Origin: an uncultured Nitrososphaeraceae archaeon
GTDB taxonomy: Archaea; Thermoproteota; Nitrososphaeria; Nitrososphaerales; Nitrososphaeraceae
Length of the DNA: 64,000 nt
Direction of reading: 5' to 3'
Assembly (NCBI GenBank): GCA_963729045.1
Contig: CAVSMN010000010.1
Span: 106,559 to 170,558 of the forward strand
Below, in pieces: positions 11,359 to 22,558 of the stretch. Position 1 is the first letter of the stretch; each line of letters opens with the position of its first letter. The notes beneath the pieces were generated by a model that was not told where the DNA came from, searched no databases, and saw only the letters and a program-made list of their open reading frames with translations. The translations under genes were made by a program, and so were the position numbers.

Positions 11359-11731
11359 GTGATGAACAAAATTAGAAATTTAAGCATCTTTATTGTAGCA
11401 TTTTCTGTACTGATGATTGGCGCATCAGCAGCATCTACCATAGGTTCAATTAGTCCAGTATTTGCTAGTACAGACAATTCTAACAATGATGATCAATCTA
11501 ACAATGATGATCAATCTAACATGATGATCAATCTAACATGATGATCAATCTAACAATGATCAATCTAGTTCAAGTCAAACAGCTAATGAACAACCATCTT
11601 TAGAAACTGTAGACACTCATTTGGAAAGTTGTATTCAACAGATAGCAAAATGATAACACTGATGAGGCCTTAAATGATTGTCAAAATGCTGATGATGAGT
11701 TAGACAGATTATTAGCTAATGCAACTGGATG
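11359..11731 (+). pseudogene. secreted protein gene with SNNDDQ tandem repeat, frameshifted
   Basis: Signal peptide ORF; frame lost in the repeat tract; coding-like sequence continues to about 11730. Confidence 0.55.
11479..11563 (+). repeat. tandem repeat TCTAACAATGATGATCAA x5 (18, 18, 17, 17, 15 nt)
   Basis: Read directly from the sequence. Confidence 0.95.
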
Positions 11732-12149
11732 ATGATGTATAAGGTTCGAAATATAACAAATTCGTCTTAACTGAATGAAATCAACTACAACACATTCCTT
11801 AATTTTTTTTATTACCAATCAGAGTTTATGATTATTAAAATTTATAAAATGCCTGCATACCTACTAAACTAGAAATATTAAGGTAACACTATTAGATTTG
11901 ATCAAAAATGGTACTTTATTACAAGGGAACGATAATGATCCAAATGATACTTTTTTCCAGTAATCAATCTATAATTGAAACCTTAAATTCTGACAAAGTG
12001 TCGAATAACTCGACAGATTTGTTTGAATCTGAATTAATTTTCATAAGCATAGAAACAAAGTTATCCTATAGGAAAAATTCGAAGTCAAATAATTGATAAA
12101 GTACAAATATTAAATTGAATTTGGATAAACACTTAAGTTTCGTTTGAGT

Positions 12150-12430
12150 CAAATTATTATTGTGATTCCTTCAAACTTTGTATTTTTATTGGTAACATTG
12201 ATCCCAATGTTCCACAATGATTTCCAGTAACGGAAAATCGACAGACAATTTTGTTTTTTTCCTTTAGAATATTTAGGATTAATATTTGTGACCTGGAAAA
12301 TACAGACCAAATGCTTGATAAAAATTCCTTAAACTTTCAATTCCAGGTCTAACTCCTGGAAATCCTTGTGCATCGATTTTTTGATTATATGTTTGCATAT
12401 AACCGTCGAGACCTTGAGCATTCATCTTTC
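12150..12430 (-). pseudogene. SnoaL-like ester cyclase remnant
   Basis: Fragments QGFPGVRPGIESLRNFYQAF, CRFSVTGNHCG, FEGITII across frameshifts. Confidence 0.55.
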
Positions 12431-12564
12431 AATTATTTCATGTAAAACATCCTCATATTGATTCAATTTGATTAGTTGAAAACAACAGGATCAATTAAAT
12501 ATTTTGAGGACGATTAGCTAAAGATTGATAAAATCATCAGATCTTACAAAAATATATTAAGAAT

Positions 12565-12589
12565 AAAATGCAACGTGAAGGATTTGAGC
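12565..12589 (-). repeat. tRNA-3'-derived repeat, highly degenerate
   Basis: + strand aaaatgcaacgtgaaggatttgagc versus consensus aagtgcgaagtgcgggatttgaaccc. Confidence 0.5.
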
Positions 12590-13097
12590 TTGACTACAAT
12601 CTGACTGCAAATATTAATTATTTAAAGGATCATTATTCGGGAGAGCAAAGAATACCAATCAAATCTAGAATACGATATACGATGACTACATTTACTAAAA
12701 CAAGATACAGATGGATATTTATTGCCAAAATAACAAAAGAATTTGTTCTCTACATGCATTCATTTAAAACTATATCTATTTTGTCCTTTATTTGAAAAAG
12801 ATTTTTCTTATTGACGGTAATACTATGAGATTCGATAAAGTTTTCGCCCCCATAAACTTGATGAACTATTGAATACTGATTCTCAAACATATTGTCTCCT
12901 TTATGTTGCTTGTAAAGATCATTAACTTCAATAATCCAACGGATTTTATTTTCTTCTCCTGATGTACTTTCTTGTGAGATCACGAACGATATTGTAAGGT
13001 GGCTAAACTTCATTTATTTGTATCCACCCAAAGATCTTTATTTTCATAATCAATATGAACCAATTTTACTGATTATAATGTCCTATCTATTCTATCC

Positions 13098-13126
13098 AAA
13101 AGTGCAAAGTACAGGATTTGAAGCCG
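13098..13126 (-). repeat. tRNA-3'-derived repeat, degenerate
   Basis: aaaagtgcaaagtacaggatttgaagccg. Confidence 0.7.
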
Positions 13127-13306
13127 ATCCTTCCTGCAGTATTCGTTATCTAATTAAGTATTTCTTTAAGAAGGTGTATATTCTTGATATGGTAGTATTT
13201 GATTCTAGAGTATTAAACAAAATGATCTGAAACCACATAGATATATCCATTTGGTCTAGAACCATCTAAATTGTTGATTTTAGTAAAAAAAGATGGAATA
13301 AATTAT

Positions 13307-13735
13307 TTACTTGCAGTGACCTTTTGACCAGCCAACACTGTATCCTTTAGCATAATCCCCTGATCCTGGAGAATATCCCCAGCAGTGATTATGATCCCAC
13401 CAGCCCTGTTGGCATCCTTTTATCCAATTCTGAGACTTTCCAGAGTATTCTGTGCAATAATGGGGTGAGCTTTTGCATTCTCCTTTATTCCATCCAACTT
13501 TGTATCCCTTGGCTACCTCGCCGGTCCCTGGGTTGTAACTTTTGCAATGGTCATGATCATACCAACCTTGTTTACATCCTTCTACCCATGCGTTTGACTT
13601 TCCTATTTCATCTGCACAATAATGTGAAGCAGCATCTACAGATTTATTGACGACCAATGATGGAGCGACGGCGATTGATATTGCAACAAGTGCTATTGCG
13701 AGTATCTTTATATTAGTATCCATTAAATTGTTCAT
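13307..13735 (-). CDS. secreted Cys/Trp/Gly-rich protein with two tandem ~55-aa repeats
   Basis: Signal peptide, then two copies of HYC....GKS..W..GC.QGW.DH.HC..Y.PG.G..AKGY.VGW.KG.CK. Confidence 0.8.
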   Translation of the reverse strand: MNNLMDTNIKILAIALVAISIAVAPSLVVNKSVDAASHYCADEIGKSNAWVEGCKQGWYDHDHCKSYNPGTGEVAKGYKVGWNKGECKSSPHYCTEYSGKSQNWIKGCQQGWWDHNHCWGYSPGSGDYAKGYSVGWSKGHCK

Positions 13736-13940
13736 ATAATTTGGGCATATAAAAGCATTTTTGGGTCCTTTTGAATTATACATGTCATCTGATGTTACTC
13801 CAATTCTCAAAGATGTTGTAAATATGATAGAGTATGGAAGTCCACAAGGTTATGAATATCATTTAGATTATCAGCAATTGTTTGGATCCAATATGTGGTA
13901 AGAATAGAAAAAGTCCAATAAATAAAGAAAATTATAGTAT

Positions 13941-13986
13941 TGATTTTTCCTCTGGATCAACAAGGATGAACCCTTTATTTGAACCC
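13941..13986 (+). repeat. family-2 ~47-bp repeat, copy 1
   Basis: tgatttttcctctggatcaacaaggatgaaccctttatttgaaccc; similar copies at 23719, 42529, 49722. Confidence 0.75.
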
Positions 13987-14099
13987 GATTCTTTTTTATT
14001 CATATCAAATGAACAATGACTATTGCCTTGTATTATTTCATGAATCATTAAATCTTAATTTTGGAAATTATTGACAATTCTTAAATAATTCATTTGGCT

Positions 14100-14525
14100 A
14101 GAGTTAAAATACAATCAATAAAACAAATTCTGGTAGCATTCTAACTCTCATAATAGTAGCAATAGTAGTAGCGATTATGTCGACAATGATCATCACAAGT
14201 CCGATGAAAATTGCTAACGTAGATACGCAAAATATGGATACTTATAGTCACACTCTATATGGTAATAATGTAGTATGATACTGTTTAATTGACCTTGATA
14301 CTGCGAAAAAGTGGTATAGTACATATTGAAATAATAATACTAACCTACCAAGTGCGTACATACCGACTTCGGAAGAAAATACCGATGGCTGAGATAACAC
14401 TAATCCAAAGGACGGTGGAGGAGTACAAGTAACCTACATTTAGAGCAATTCGTGTGGCTCAAAAGGAGGTGTTGATTCGGACAAAATCAATAGCGGTGCA
14501 ATTTTTGATTAAAAAGAATATCGCA
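14100..14525 (+). pseudogene. degraded paralog of the secreted protein at ~37830-38307
   Basis: gattcggacaaaatcaatagcggtgca...aagaatatcgca matches ~38265-38316; multiple stops. Confidence 0.6.
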
Positions 14526-14580
14526 AAAACATTGGAATAAACAACATTTTTTTATTTTAATAATCTAAAAAATATAAAGA

Positions 14581-14596
14581 GCGGGATTTGAGCCCC
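14581..14596 (-). repeat. tRNA-3'-derived repeat, truncated
   Basis: gcgggatttgagcccc. Confidence 0.6.
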
Positions 14597-14603
14597 GTAA
14601 ATG

Positions 14604-14951
14604 TCATAAATTCCTTATCTTGTCAATTAGATCTAGTGAATTAGATCCAACATCAGTAGTGATATAGAGCAAGTGACTCTCGTCAAATGGCATGGTTATA
14701 CGCTTTATCTTTTCGTACTCCGCTAGAACATATTTTCCTTTTCCTATCTTTGAAGCCAATTTACTTCGTGTTTTCCATGCGTTAATGGCCAACTGCAAGG
14801 ATTCCTGACTCTCTTCTTTTGATAATAAATTTGTAGTTCCGGGATTATGCTCCGAATACAGGATCTTTTCATCCTTTGTATCAAATATTGTTACAAACCT
14901 TATTGCAGAATCCATACCCAATATCCTTTTTCCTAGTTCATTGTATTCCAA
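14604..14951 (-). CDS. thaumarchaeal DUF6659-like small sensory-fold protein
   Basis: ILGMDSAIRFVTI...KIGKGKYVLAEYEKIKRITMP pattern. Confidence 0.7.
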   Translation of the reverse strand: MEYNELGKRILGMDSAIRFVTIFDTKDEKILYSEHNPGTTNLLSKEESQESLQLAINAWKTRSKLASKIGKGKYVLAEYEKIKRITMPFDESHLLYITTDVGSNSLDLIDKIRNL

Positions 14952-15202
14952 TAGTACAACTTTGTATCATACTTTTTTATAAACATTCTCTAAATAATAT
15001 ATATTTTTAATTAATAACATCTAAAATAAGTATTATTTGTAAATTTCATATAAATATTTGTAAAAATAATAATATGATTGAAAATACATTACTAATTCAT
15101 TTTTTATTTCGATTTAATTGCAATTTATTGAATCTAGTAATAAAGTAAAATTTCAACACCAAAATCATACATAATTAAGAAAAATCAAATCATAAACTAA
15201 AG

Positions 15203-15237
15203 ATGCAAAGGTGTTGGATTTGAACCCGCGATCCCTT
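15203..15237 (-). repeat. tRNA-3'-derived repeat including variable-arm end
   Basis: atgcaaaggtgttggatttgaacccgcgatccctt; partial inverted echo at 15261-15274. Confidence 0.8.
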
Positions 15238-16066
15238 AAGATCTCTTTGACTAGATAATCGATCAACACCTTGCGATTAGACATTCAAGATATGCATTAC
15301 CAATAAGTAGTAAGTAGTAATATACAATTTTGTTCAAAGTCATATGCTAAAGGAAGCTGAAGACAATACATCTCATCTCTACGGTAACTGACAATATGAT
15401 AATCTCCCCTTATGATCACGAGTTATCATATGTTGATTTTGTACTGAAATTATTAAAAGTAAAAGATATCTTGATATTATTGACCGTTACAGATCAGAGT
15501 TGGTGCTGAAATCCACACACCATTGAGTCCATCCTGTTGAAAAGGGAAGTGTGGAAAGAGTTACGGGCAATTGACATTAAGCAATAACGCGACTATAGAA
15601 GGAGCAATAGAATTCCAGATCAAAGAATCAAGCTACATTGAGGAAATCATGTTTGAATTTGTTATAGAATATTCTCATACTCGATATAGAATATATGACT
15701 CCACTTTAAGCTTCTAGAGAATATCACATGCAATTGCTTATACTATTCGATTAGCAGCGGAATGACTGGACAAGTTAGACTATTTGAGATATAATTGCAC
15801 TGGAAATATGAAACTAATCCTGAGATTTTTATATAACGAATTATAGTAACAAAGTTATGAAAATGAATGCCAAGATGATCTCCTCGCATTTTATATCCTA
15901 TATTATGAGCGCTAATGATTAGGACATCATAAAGAATAAGTTACTATGGTAAGAATCTAAAAGTATGAGACATTTAGTTATCATTATCTATACCCCAAAT
16001 GAAACAAAGATAAATGAACAAAATAAAGTAAAAAGTATATACGAAACTTATTCTTTAATGCTATGC

Positions 16067-16222
16067 ATGGCAAAAATGATCAGTTGCCCATGTGGTTGGA
16101 CACTTATATCTCCCCAAGGAAATGACGATATAAAAAAGCACATACAAATACATGCTAAGGATCATCATCCTGGCTTAACCGAGACAGAGGATGAAGTTGA
16201 AAAGATGATTAAAACAGTTTAA
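16067..16222 (+). CDS. DUF1059-like small metal-binding protein
   Basis: MAKMISCPCGW...HIQIHAKDHH. Confidence 0.7.
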   Translation: MAKMISCPCGWTLISPQGNDDIKKHIQIHAKDHHPGLTETEDEVEKMIKTV

Positions 16223-16287
16223 TGTTTAGCCAATGATGGACCGTGGATAGTATTATGACATCAAATTGCCTTCACGAACTGCAAATT

Positions 16288-17229
16288 TTATCTAGATTTT
16301 GACTCAGTCATGATTTTCTGATCTATCAAGTCGTCCATCCAATTTTGCCTTTTCGGTTCGACAATTTCTTTAAATATAAAAAGGGAGCAAGATCTAACAC
16401 CTTCTAGTTTCAATACGTTTACATATGCTTCTTCAGGCTCTGCAAGAGTAAAAGCAAAAAGATTAGCAAGCAAGATCTTCTCTGCTATGGTTCGTACAGA
16501 CCAAAGCTTATCTGCATATATTTCCCTTAAATGCTTGATAATTTTGTATCGGCTTGCTGCATCGACTGACAACTCCAGTTCATAAAATATTAAACCTTGT
16601 TGTTTCTGGCTATTTATTATTGCTCGTACTATTAACATATCCGAACCCAAGAGTTTTGTAATCCTATATCGAACCATCCTCGGAGTAATTGATAATGAGT
16701 CAGAGATCTCGTTGATTCCGGATAGTGCATTATATCGAAGCTTTTGAATAAGTTTCCAGTCTAACTTGTCCGGAATGATTAGTGGTTTTTTTATTGCACA
16801 ACTTCCAAGCCTCCACTTAAATAATTCAAATCTATTGGCTATTTCTATGGCTACTTGATCTATCTCCTCAGAGGAACCGCCTGTGATACTAATAGATACT
16901 ATATTCCCTAGATAGTCAACTATATCGACAATAAATGGAAGTCCATGAGCATATTTTATAACTCCGTGTTTGGTGGCAATATTTAACGCTTCGAATCGAT
17001 AGGTATTAATATTTTTGAATTCAAAGAAGCCCAGCCTGGGCATAGCCTGATAGTATTTTATAAATCCGTCATTTTCCATTTTCTTTACTCTTGATCGAAC
17101 TGTCTTCTCATCTAATCCAAGCTTCCTTCCAATCGCTGAAGGACTAACTCTCCTATCTGTAAACGAGTCATAATCGATTCCTTTGAATGCTATTTCGCAG
17201 AAGATCCATACGTCTTTGGCATCCATCAA
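16288..17229 (-). CDS. Lrp/AsnC-type transcription regulator with two wHTH units
   Basis: SPSAIGRKLGLDEKTVRSRVKKM and DKLDWKLIQKL...ISDSLSITPRMVRYRITKL. Confidence 0.85.
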   Translation of the reverse strand: MMDAKDVWIFCEIAFKGIDYDSFTDRRVSPSAIGRKLGLDEKTVRSRVKKMENDGFIKYYQAMPRLGFFEFKNINTYRFEALNIATKHGVIKYAHGLPFIVDIVDYLGNIVSISITGGSSEEIDQVAIEIANRFELFKWRLGSCAIKKPLIIPDKLDWKLIQKLRYNALSGINEISDSLSITPRMVRYRITKLLGSDMLIVRAIINSQKQQGLIFYELELSVDAASRYKIIKHLREIYADKLWSVRTIAEKILLANLFAFTLAEPEEAYVNVLKLEGVRSCSLFIFKEIVEPKRQNWMDDLIDQKIMTESKSR

Positions 17230-17500
17230 TTTTCCCTGAACTACCTGGCTAAAAAATTTAAATAAAAATTGTTATCCATGATTGATGCATTGGCGATAGA
17301 CGCAATGTCTATCAATTAATATGTAAAATACGGGTGTCAAGCTCCCGGCATTTATTTACCAATCTTGCACCTTGTATCTATATAATGAAACAAGAAACAA
17401 TATCATCGGTACCCTTTCAATTGGAGATGGTCGAATCTCTTAAAAGGGCACCTAAGTATCACACAAGGTTCTGTTAATTATACAGGAGAAGTGGAAACAA

Positions 17501-18559
17501 ATGGTAGTAAATGAAATAAAGTTGCAGGAATTCATTGGAAGGATCATAAATGACTGGGGAGCTGCAGAAGGAGCTTTGATCACTTTTGTTGGCGACAGGC
17601 TTGGATTGTTTAAAGCTATGGCGGGAGAAGGTGAACTGGCACCTGAAGAACTAGCAAAGAAGACAAACACACATCCACGAATGATTAGAGAATGGCTAGC
17701 CAGTCAAGCTGCTGGAGGTTATGTCATTTACAACAGTAACACCAGGAAATTCTTTTTGCCCGAAGAACATGCACTGGCACTGACTGATGAAAATAGTCCT
17801 GCATATGTCTCTGGATTTTACCAATCAATAGTAAGTCTTTTCAAAGATGAGGAAAAAATTATAGAGGCATTCAAGACTGGAAAAGGTCTAGGATGGGGGG
17901 ATCATCATCATTACTTGTTTGAAGGAACTGAAAGGTTTTTCAAACCTAATTACATAGCGAATCTAACACAAAAATGGATTCCAGCTCTTGATGATGTCGA
18001 AATCAAGCTAAAAAATAGAAAATGCAAGATAGCGGATGTGGGATGTGGTCATGGAGCATCAACAATCATGATGGCAAAAGCATATCCAAATTCAAGTGTT
18101 ATAGGATTTGATTCACATAAGCCATCTATTGAATGGGCCAAAAAGCGGGCAGTAGAAGAGGGTATAATGAACATTACATTTGAAGTGGCAAAATCATCAG
18201 ATTATCCAGGAGACGATTATGATTTGGTTACCTTCTTTGACTGCTTCCACGACATGGGTGATCCATTAGGTGCAGCCAAACATGTTTGTCAAACCTTAAA
18301 GAAAAAGGCAGGCACATGGATGCTAGTAGAACCATTTGCCAATAATCAATTAGAGGATAATCTAAATCCTCTTGGAAGGGTGTTTTATTCGGCATCTTCT
18401 CTGATTTGCGTTCCGGCATCTTTGAACGAAAATGGACCGGCATTGGGAGCTCAAGCGGGTGAACAAAAAACAATGGAGATAATGAAAACGGCAGGATTCT
18501 CAAAGATCCGTTGTGCTACTCAAACACCATTCAACTTGGTCCTAGAGGCACGACCATAA
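17501..18559 (+). CDS. SAM-dependent methyltransferase with N-terminal wHTH (Rv2258c-like)
   Basis: GDRLGLFKAM, REWLASQAAGGY, ADVGCGHG, FFDCFHDMGDP. Confidence 0.9.
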   Translation: MVVNEIKLQEFIGRIINDWGAAEGALITFVGDRLGLFKAMAGEGELAPEELAKKTNTHPRMIREWLASQAAGGYVIYNSNTRKFFLPEEHALALTDENSPAYVSGFYQSIVSLFKDEEKIIEAFKTGKGLGWGDHHHYLFEGTERFFKPNYIANLTQKWIPALDDVEIKLKNRKCKIADVGCGHGASTIMMAKAYPNSSVIGFDSHKPSIEWAKKRAVEEGIMNITFEVAKSSDYPGDDYDLVTFFDCFHDMGDPLGAAKHVCQTLKKKAGTWMLVEPFANNQLEDNLNPLGRVFYSASSLICVPASLNENGPALGAQAGEQKTMEIMKTAGFSKIRCATQTPFNLVLEARP

Positions 18560-19386
18560 TCCACCTATTCCTTTCAATATTTGGAGAGTAATAGGACAAT
18601 CAACCAAGAAGGGGTATTGATAATGACGATCGGAAAATAGCCTAGGATAAATTGATCTTTCTTCGAGAGCAACAGTGATGAACCTCTCTATTGGAATCCG
18701 CAATCTGTGACTAGAAAGAACCTTATATGAATAACGTTCCAGATTTAGATTCCAAATCATCAAAAGGTTTTATGAAATATCTGGAGTTTCGAAAGATTGA
18801 ACCAAAGACAATTAATAAAACTATTTAGAAATACTCTAAAATATCATATCATATATTTTATGAAAGAAATGGAGTTGAACTTACTACTTATTACATCCAA
18901 TCTAGCAAATATCGATTCAAAAGTTCTGAATAGATGCACCATAGCAAATATTTTTGAATTCATGTTAGAGTAGACTCATCCCAGGGTTAAACCACTACCA
19001 AGTCTTAAAGTTGAGACAAACAAAACAATGTAGTTTTCTATTGTGGAGAGATTCTTTAAGTTTAAATTCTGTATTGCATTTGTCACAAATCAATTATATT
19101 GCCAATTAAAAACAATTATCAACAATATTAATCTTATTAATAATGTGACTGATTAATCAAGTAGTCAAATAAGAAATAATCGTCAAATATGTAGTCAAGA
19201 GATGAAAATGACAGGAATGGTACTATTACATCATTTTTAAAATCTATAATTGTTTATGCTGTGGATTCACTTCACCATCGTCATAACAGTTAAAAGTGAT
19301 TATATGGGGTTTCTGGTTTATTTCTAACCTCTTTAAGTAGTTTCTTAATACTATAGAGCTGTTGTTTTAATTAAGTACTATATATT

Positions 19387-19576
19387 TTAGGAGCCAACCA
19401 ATCGCTTACCGCAATAAGGACAAAACATTAAAGGTGCGCTGGCAATATTGCCTTCAAACATTAGATAGTAAACTCCTTTATGATCTCCTGAATACTTAAA
19501 AATCTCTGTATCATGTCTAATGCATTCACTTTCATATTCTTCTTTAAATTTCTCACAACAAAATTCTCTAGTCATT
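19387..19576 (-). CDS. small Cys-rich hypothetical protein
   Basis: MTREFCCEKF...FCPYCGKRL (C-terminal part of ORF 19387-19728; start approximate). Confidence 0.5.
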
Positions 19577-19927
19577 CTTCCTTGCTCACTCCACAGAATG
19601 GACAAAACTTTAGGAGTATATAAACAAGATTGCAAATCTCTTTTTTGATATACGAGTAGAAAATTAACCAGGACTCCAAAGTCAGTAATCATTCTAAGAA
19701 CAAAGAGTGGAAAGTGTGGACTAGTCAAACATTAATCAATCTTATTAAATAAAATAGAAAGTGAGTTTGGTTTGGTTTGATAGTAGGCTTTTGTAAATAT
19801 ACCATATCTTATTCAAATTAATAACAATTCAGATATACAAATGATTTTGGTGTAACTATTATTGTTCTAAGAAATTAGTATAGAAGGCTATTTTGGGATT
19901 GGGGAAGCCATAGGAATTATTGGTACT

Positions 19928-20332
19928 TTGTTTGTCGTTCTTTATTTTTCTAGAAAACAAATGCAAAGCCTATCGGTTGATCTTGAAGCAAAAATTCTAC
20001 ATGATTTGGATGATAAGATAAATGGATTAACAAGAATGATGGTGGATGATCCAGAACTAATCAAGATTGTGAGTAAATCGGAATCACATTTTACACCAGA
20101 TTTAGCATTTAGTTACCATGTGTTATATACATTTGCACATGTTTTTCATATGCGACAACGTGGAGTAGTTAGGGATAATGAATGGACTGGATGGAGTAGA
20201 TATATAACATCTGCATTTCAACATGGTAATATATATGAAATATGGAAAAATAACATAGAATTAGAAAAATGGTTCGACCCTGATTTTCAAAAATTCATTA
20301 ATGATGAAATAATCCCTGCCATTAGGAAGTAG
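19928..20332 (+). CDS. hypothetical membrane-anchored protein
   Basis: 134-aa ORF; in-frame hydrophobic sequence continues upstream. Confidence 0.6.
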   Translation: MFVVLYFSRKQMQSLSVDLEAKILHDLDDKINGLTRMMVDDPELIKIVSKSESHFTPDLAFSYHVLYTFAHVFHMRQRGVVRDNEWTGWSRYITSAFQHGNIYEIWKNNIELEKWFDPDFQKFINDEIIPAIRK

Positions 20333-20697
20333 ATAATTTGAAAATTTTTTTAATTCAATTATCTAAAAAGTAAAATCTCCTTATTTAAACCCACTTGATA
20401 TTATCCTAGAGAGCCTGACGTGGGTAACATTAAGAATACTATTTAAGATCTAAATCGTACATTAGGGTTTTTTCTTTTAGATGTTGTATAGACAGGACAC
20501 AGAAATGTTGTAAGAAAACTTATCTTTTAGTCTTTAGAAAAATCAAAGTTTATTGATTTAGTTATATTTATTTTGTAATGCGGTATTTGTTTATTAATTC
20601 ATTAATAAGATTGTTTTCGGTTTTATTATTCATTATTAAGTGTCTAGATGATTTGTTTGTTCAGGATTTATATAACCATCAAACAGTGTGGGACTAT

Positions 20698-21085
20698 ATG
20701 ATCTCCCCCGCATCCGTAATGGTGGTGGATGATGAAAAAGACCAGACAATTCTTTTTAGTCTATTTCTGGCGAGATTTGGATTTGACTCAATTACGTTTA
20801 ACGATCCATTAGTAGCACTCAAACATTATGGCCAATATAACAAAAGATACTCATTGGTACTTGTAGATTGGAATATGCCTAAAGATCGACGGATTAGGGC
20901 TTGCTAGAAAAATAAGAGAACATAATTCCAAAGTGAAAATCATTTTGATTACAGCCTACTTTATTGGCGACATTTTTGCAAAGGATGAGTTTAAAGAAGT
21001 TAAAATAGCAGACGTAATTCAAAAGCCGATAGTACTTACGGAATTTGGACGACGAATAAACTTGCTTTATCCAAAGAAGAAATAG
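20698..21085 (+). pseudogene. single-domain response regulator, frameshifted near 20885
   Basis: VMVVDDE, LVLVDWNMP, then GLGLARKIRE...ILITAY...IQKP in another frame. Confidence 0.75.
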
Positions 21086-21184
21086 ATTTACTAATAGCAA
21101 CCCGATGGACAAACAGATTATCAGAGGGGAACAAATTGGTTCAAATCCCATAGCATATTTTCAAATTCTTTATGTAAGTTTATT

Positions 21185-21238
21185 AAGTGAGATGTGGGGA
21201 ATTTGAATCCCCAATGCTTGTCGCCTCAGGATTCTAAG
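21185..21238 (-). repeat. tRNA 3'-half remnant, possibly with a Leu(UAG) anticodon loop
   Basis: Reverse complement CTTAGAATCCTGAGGCGACAAGCATTGGGGATTCAAATTCCCCACATCTCACTT; inverted GGTTCAAATCCC at 21138. Confidence 0.55.
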
Positions 21239-21587
21239 CGATTAGGAGGCATTAGTATAAAGACTATTAATGCAGGTGAAATGATATACTATAGTCAAAA
21301 GACCTCAGAAATATGGTACTTGACAATGGCAATGATAACATCAATACTGATTGGCAGTAACAACGAAGAATAGTTCAAATGATGAAGTTAACGATGCAAC
21401 TCAACTCAAAGATTAGGTCGGTCACAATCAACCAATGAATAAAACTTTGAATAATAATTAAGTATCATACGGAATAGTTAGCAAATCTTATTCTCATTTC
21501 GTATTTTAATATCCGACGTTTTTATTCAATCCATTTCCCTTACATATACCCAATTCTCCATACGTTATTGCTAATAGTTTATATATA

Positions 21588-22103
21588 TTGTCTTTTAATC
21601 ACAAAATAATGAATAAACTAGGTATAATATTAACTGCAATCGCGTTGCTTAGTGCAATTGCTTTGGTTATACAACTCTCGGAACCAATATCGGCACAACA
21701 ACAGGAACAATCTACTCCCTTTGTAGTACAAACTACAAAACAGTCTATGCAAGATCCTCTGCCAGGTCATGAATCACATCAAGTTGTGATTGCAGCTCCA
21801 CTCAGAGATGACGGAAAGATTTATTCAGGTATAGTTTCATTTACTGCAAGTCAACCCATCGAGGTGGTAATACTACATAAGTACAATCTGGTATCAAATT
21901 CATCTATAATTGCAGAACCATTGAAGACATCAGTTGATGATGGCAAATTTGCAGCATCAGTGATGAAGCAATTCACAGAATCCCCGTTTAATGCAGGATC
22001 ATTTGTATTTGCAGGTAACGCTTTAGCATTCCACAATTTAGAAGGAAAACCCTTCGTCATAACATATACAATAGATGGAGATGTCAGTTCCTTAACACAA
22101 TAA
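21588..22103 (+). CDS. secreted hypothetical protein (QDPLPGHE.HQ motif)
   Basis: Signal peptide; His-containing motifs. Confidence 0.75.
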   Translation: MSFNHKIMNKLGIILTAIALLSAIALVIQLSEPISAQQQEQSTPFVVQTTKQSMQDPLPGHESHQVVIAAPLRDDGKIYSGIVSFTASQPIEVVILHKYNLVSNSSIIAEPLKTSVDDGKFAASVMKQFTESPFNAGSFVFAGNALAFHNLEGKPFVITYTIDGDVSSLTQ

Positions 22104-22133
22104 AGATGACAGCTATGTCAAATACCTAGGATA

Positions 22134-22161
22134 AAAATGCAAAGTGTTGGATTTGAACCCG
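22134..22161 (-). repeat. tRNA-3'-derived repeat
   Basis: aaaatgcaaagtgttggatttgaacccg. Confidence 0.8.
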
Positions 22162-22558
22162 TCATGTCGTGATTCTGTTATGCGGCCATATATCCCTTCA
22201 AAATATCGTTTACTTTTGAATATCGGTTTTCTGATTCTTGTATTTACAGATAAAGGAGCAACAGAAGCAGCATTTTACCTTTAATGCCAATCATTCAAAT
22301 CAGATAATGAGTTTTAGATTTCAACCATTCATCAAGTGTAAGAATATTTTCGTACAAAATTGTTACGGTTACAAAACATTTTGAATAAAATTTTCCATAA
22401 CAAGTTTGGCATATGATAATTTGAGTTCCAGTAAACAAGTTGCTTTTAGTAGACAATTATCAAGACGCTTAGAACAATAGGTATTCAAGTCATCTATAAT
22501 AAAGACATGTTCCTACCTTGAAATTTTTATTTAAATAAGATTAATTAATATAAAATAC

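Noticed and set aside
12568..13230. Short ORFs 12568-12795 and 13018-13230 containing GFE motifs
   Set aside because: The motif comes from reading through the tRNA-derived repeat; no other coding evidence.
15340..15780. Possible IS6-like transposase remnant (HH..HPVEKGSVERV)
   Set aside because: Resemblance is too short; no DDE motif or terminal inverted repeats recognised.
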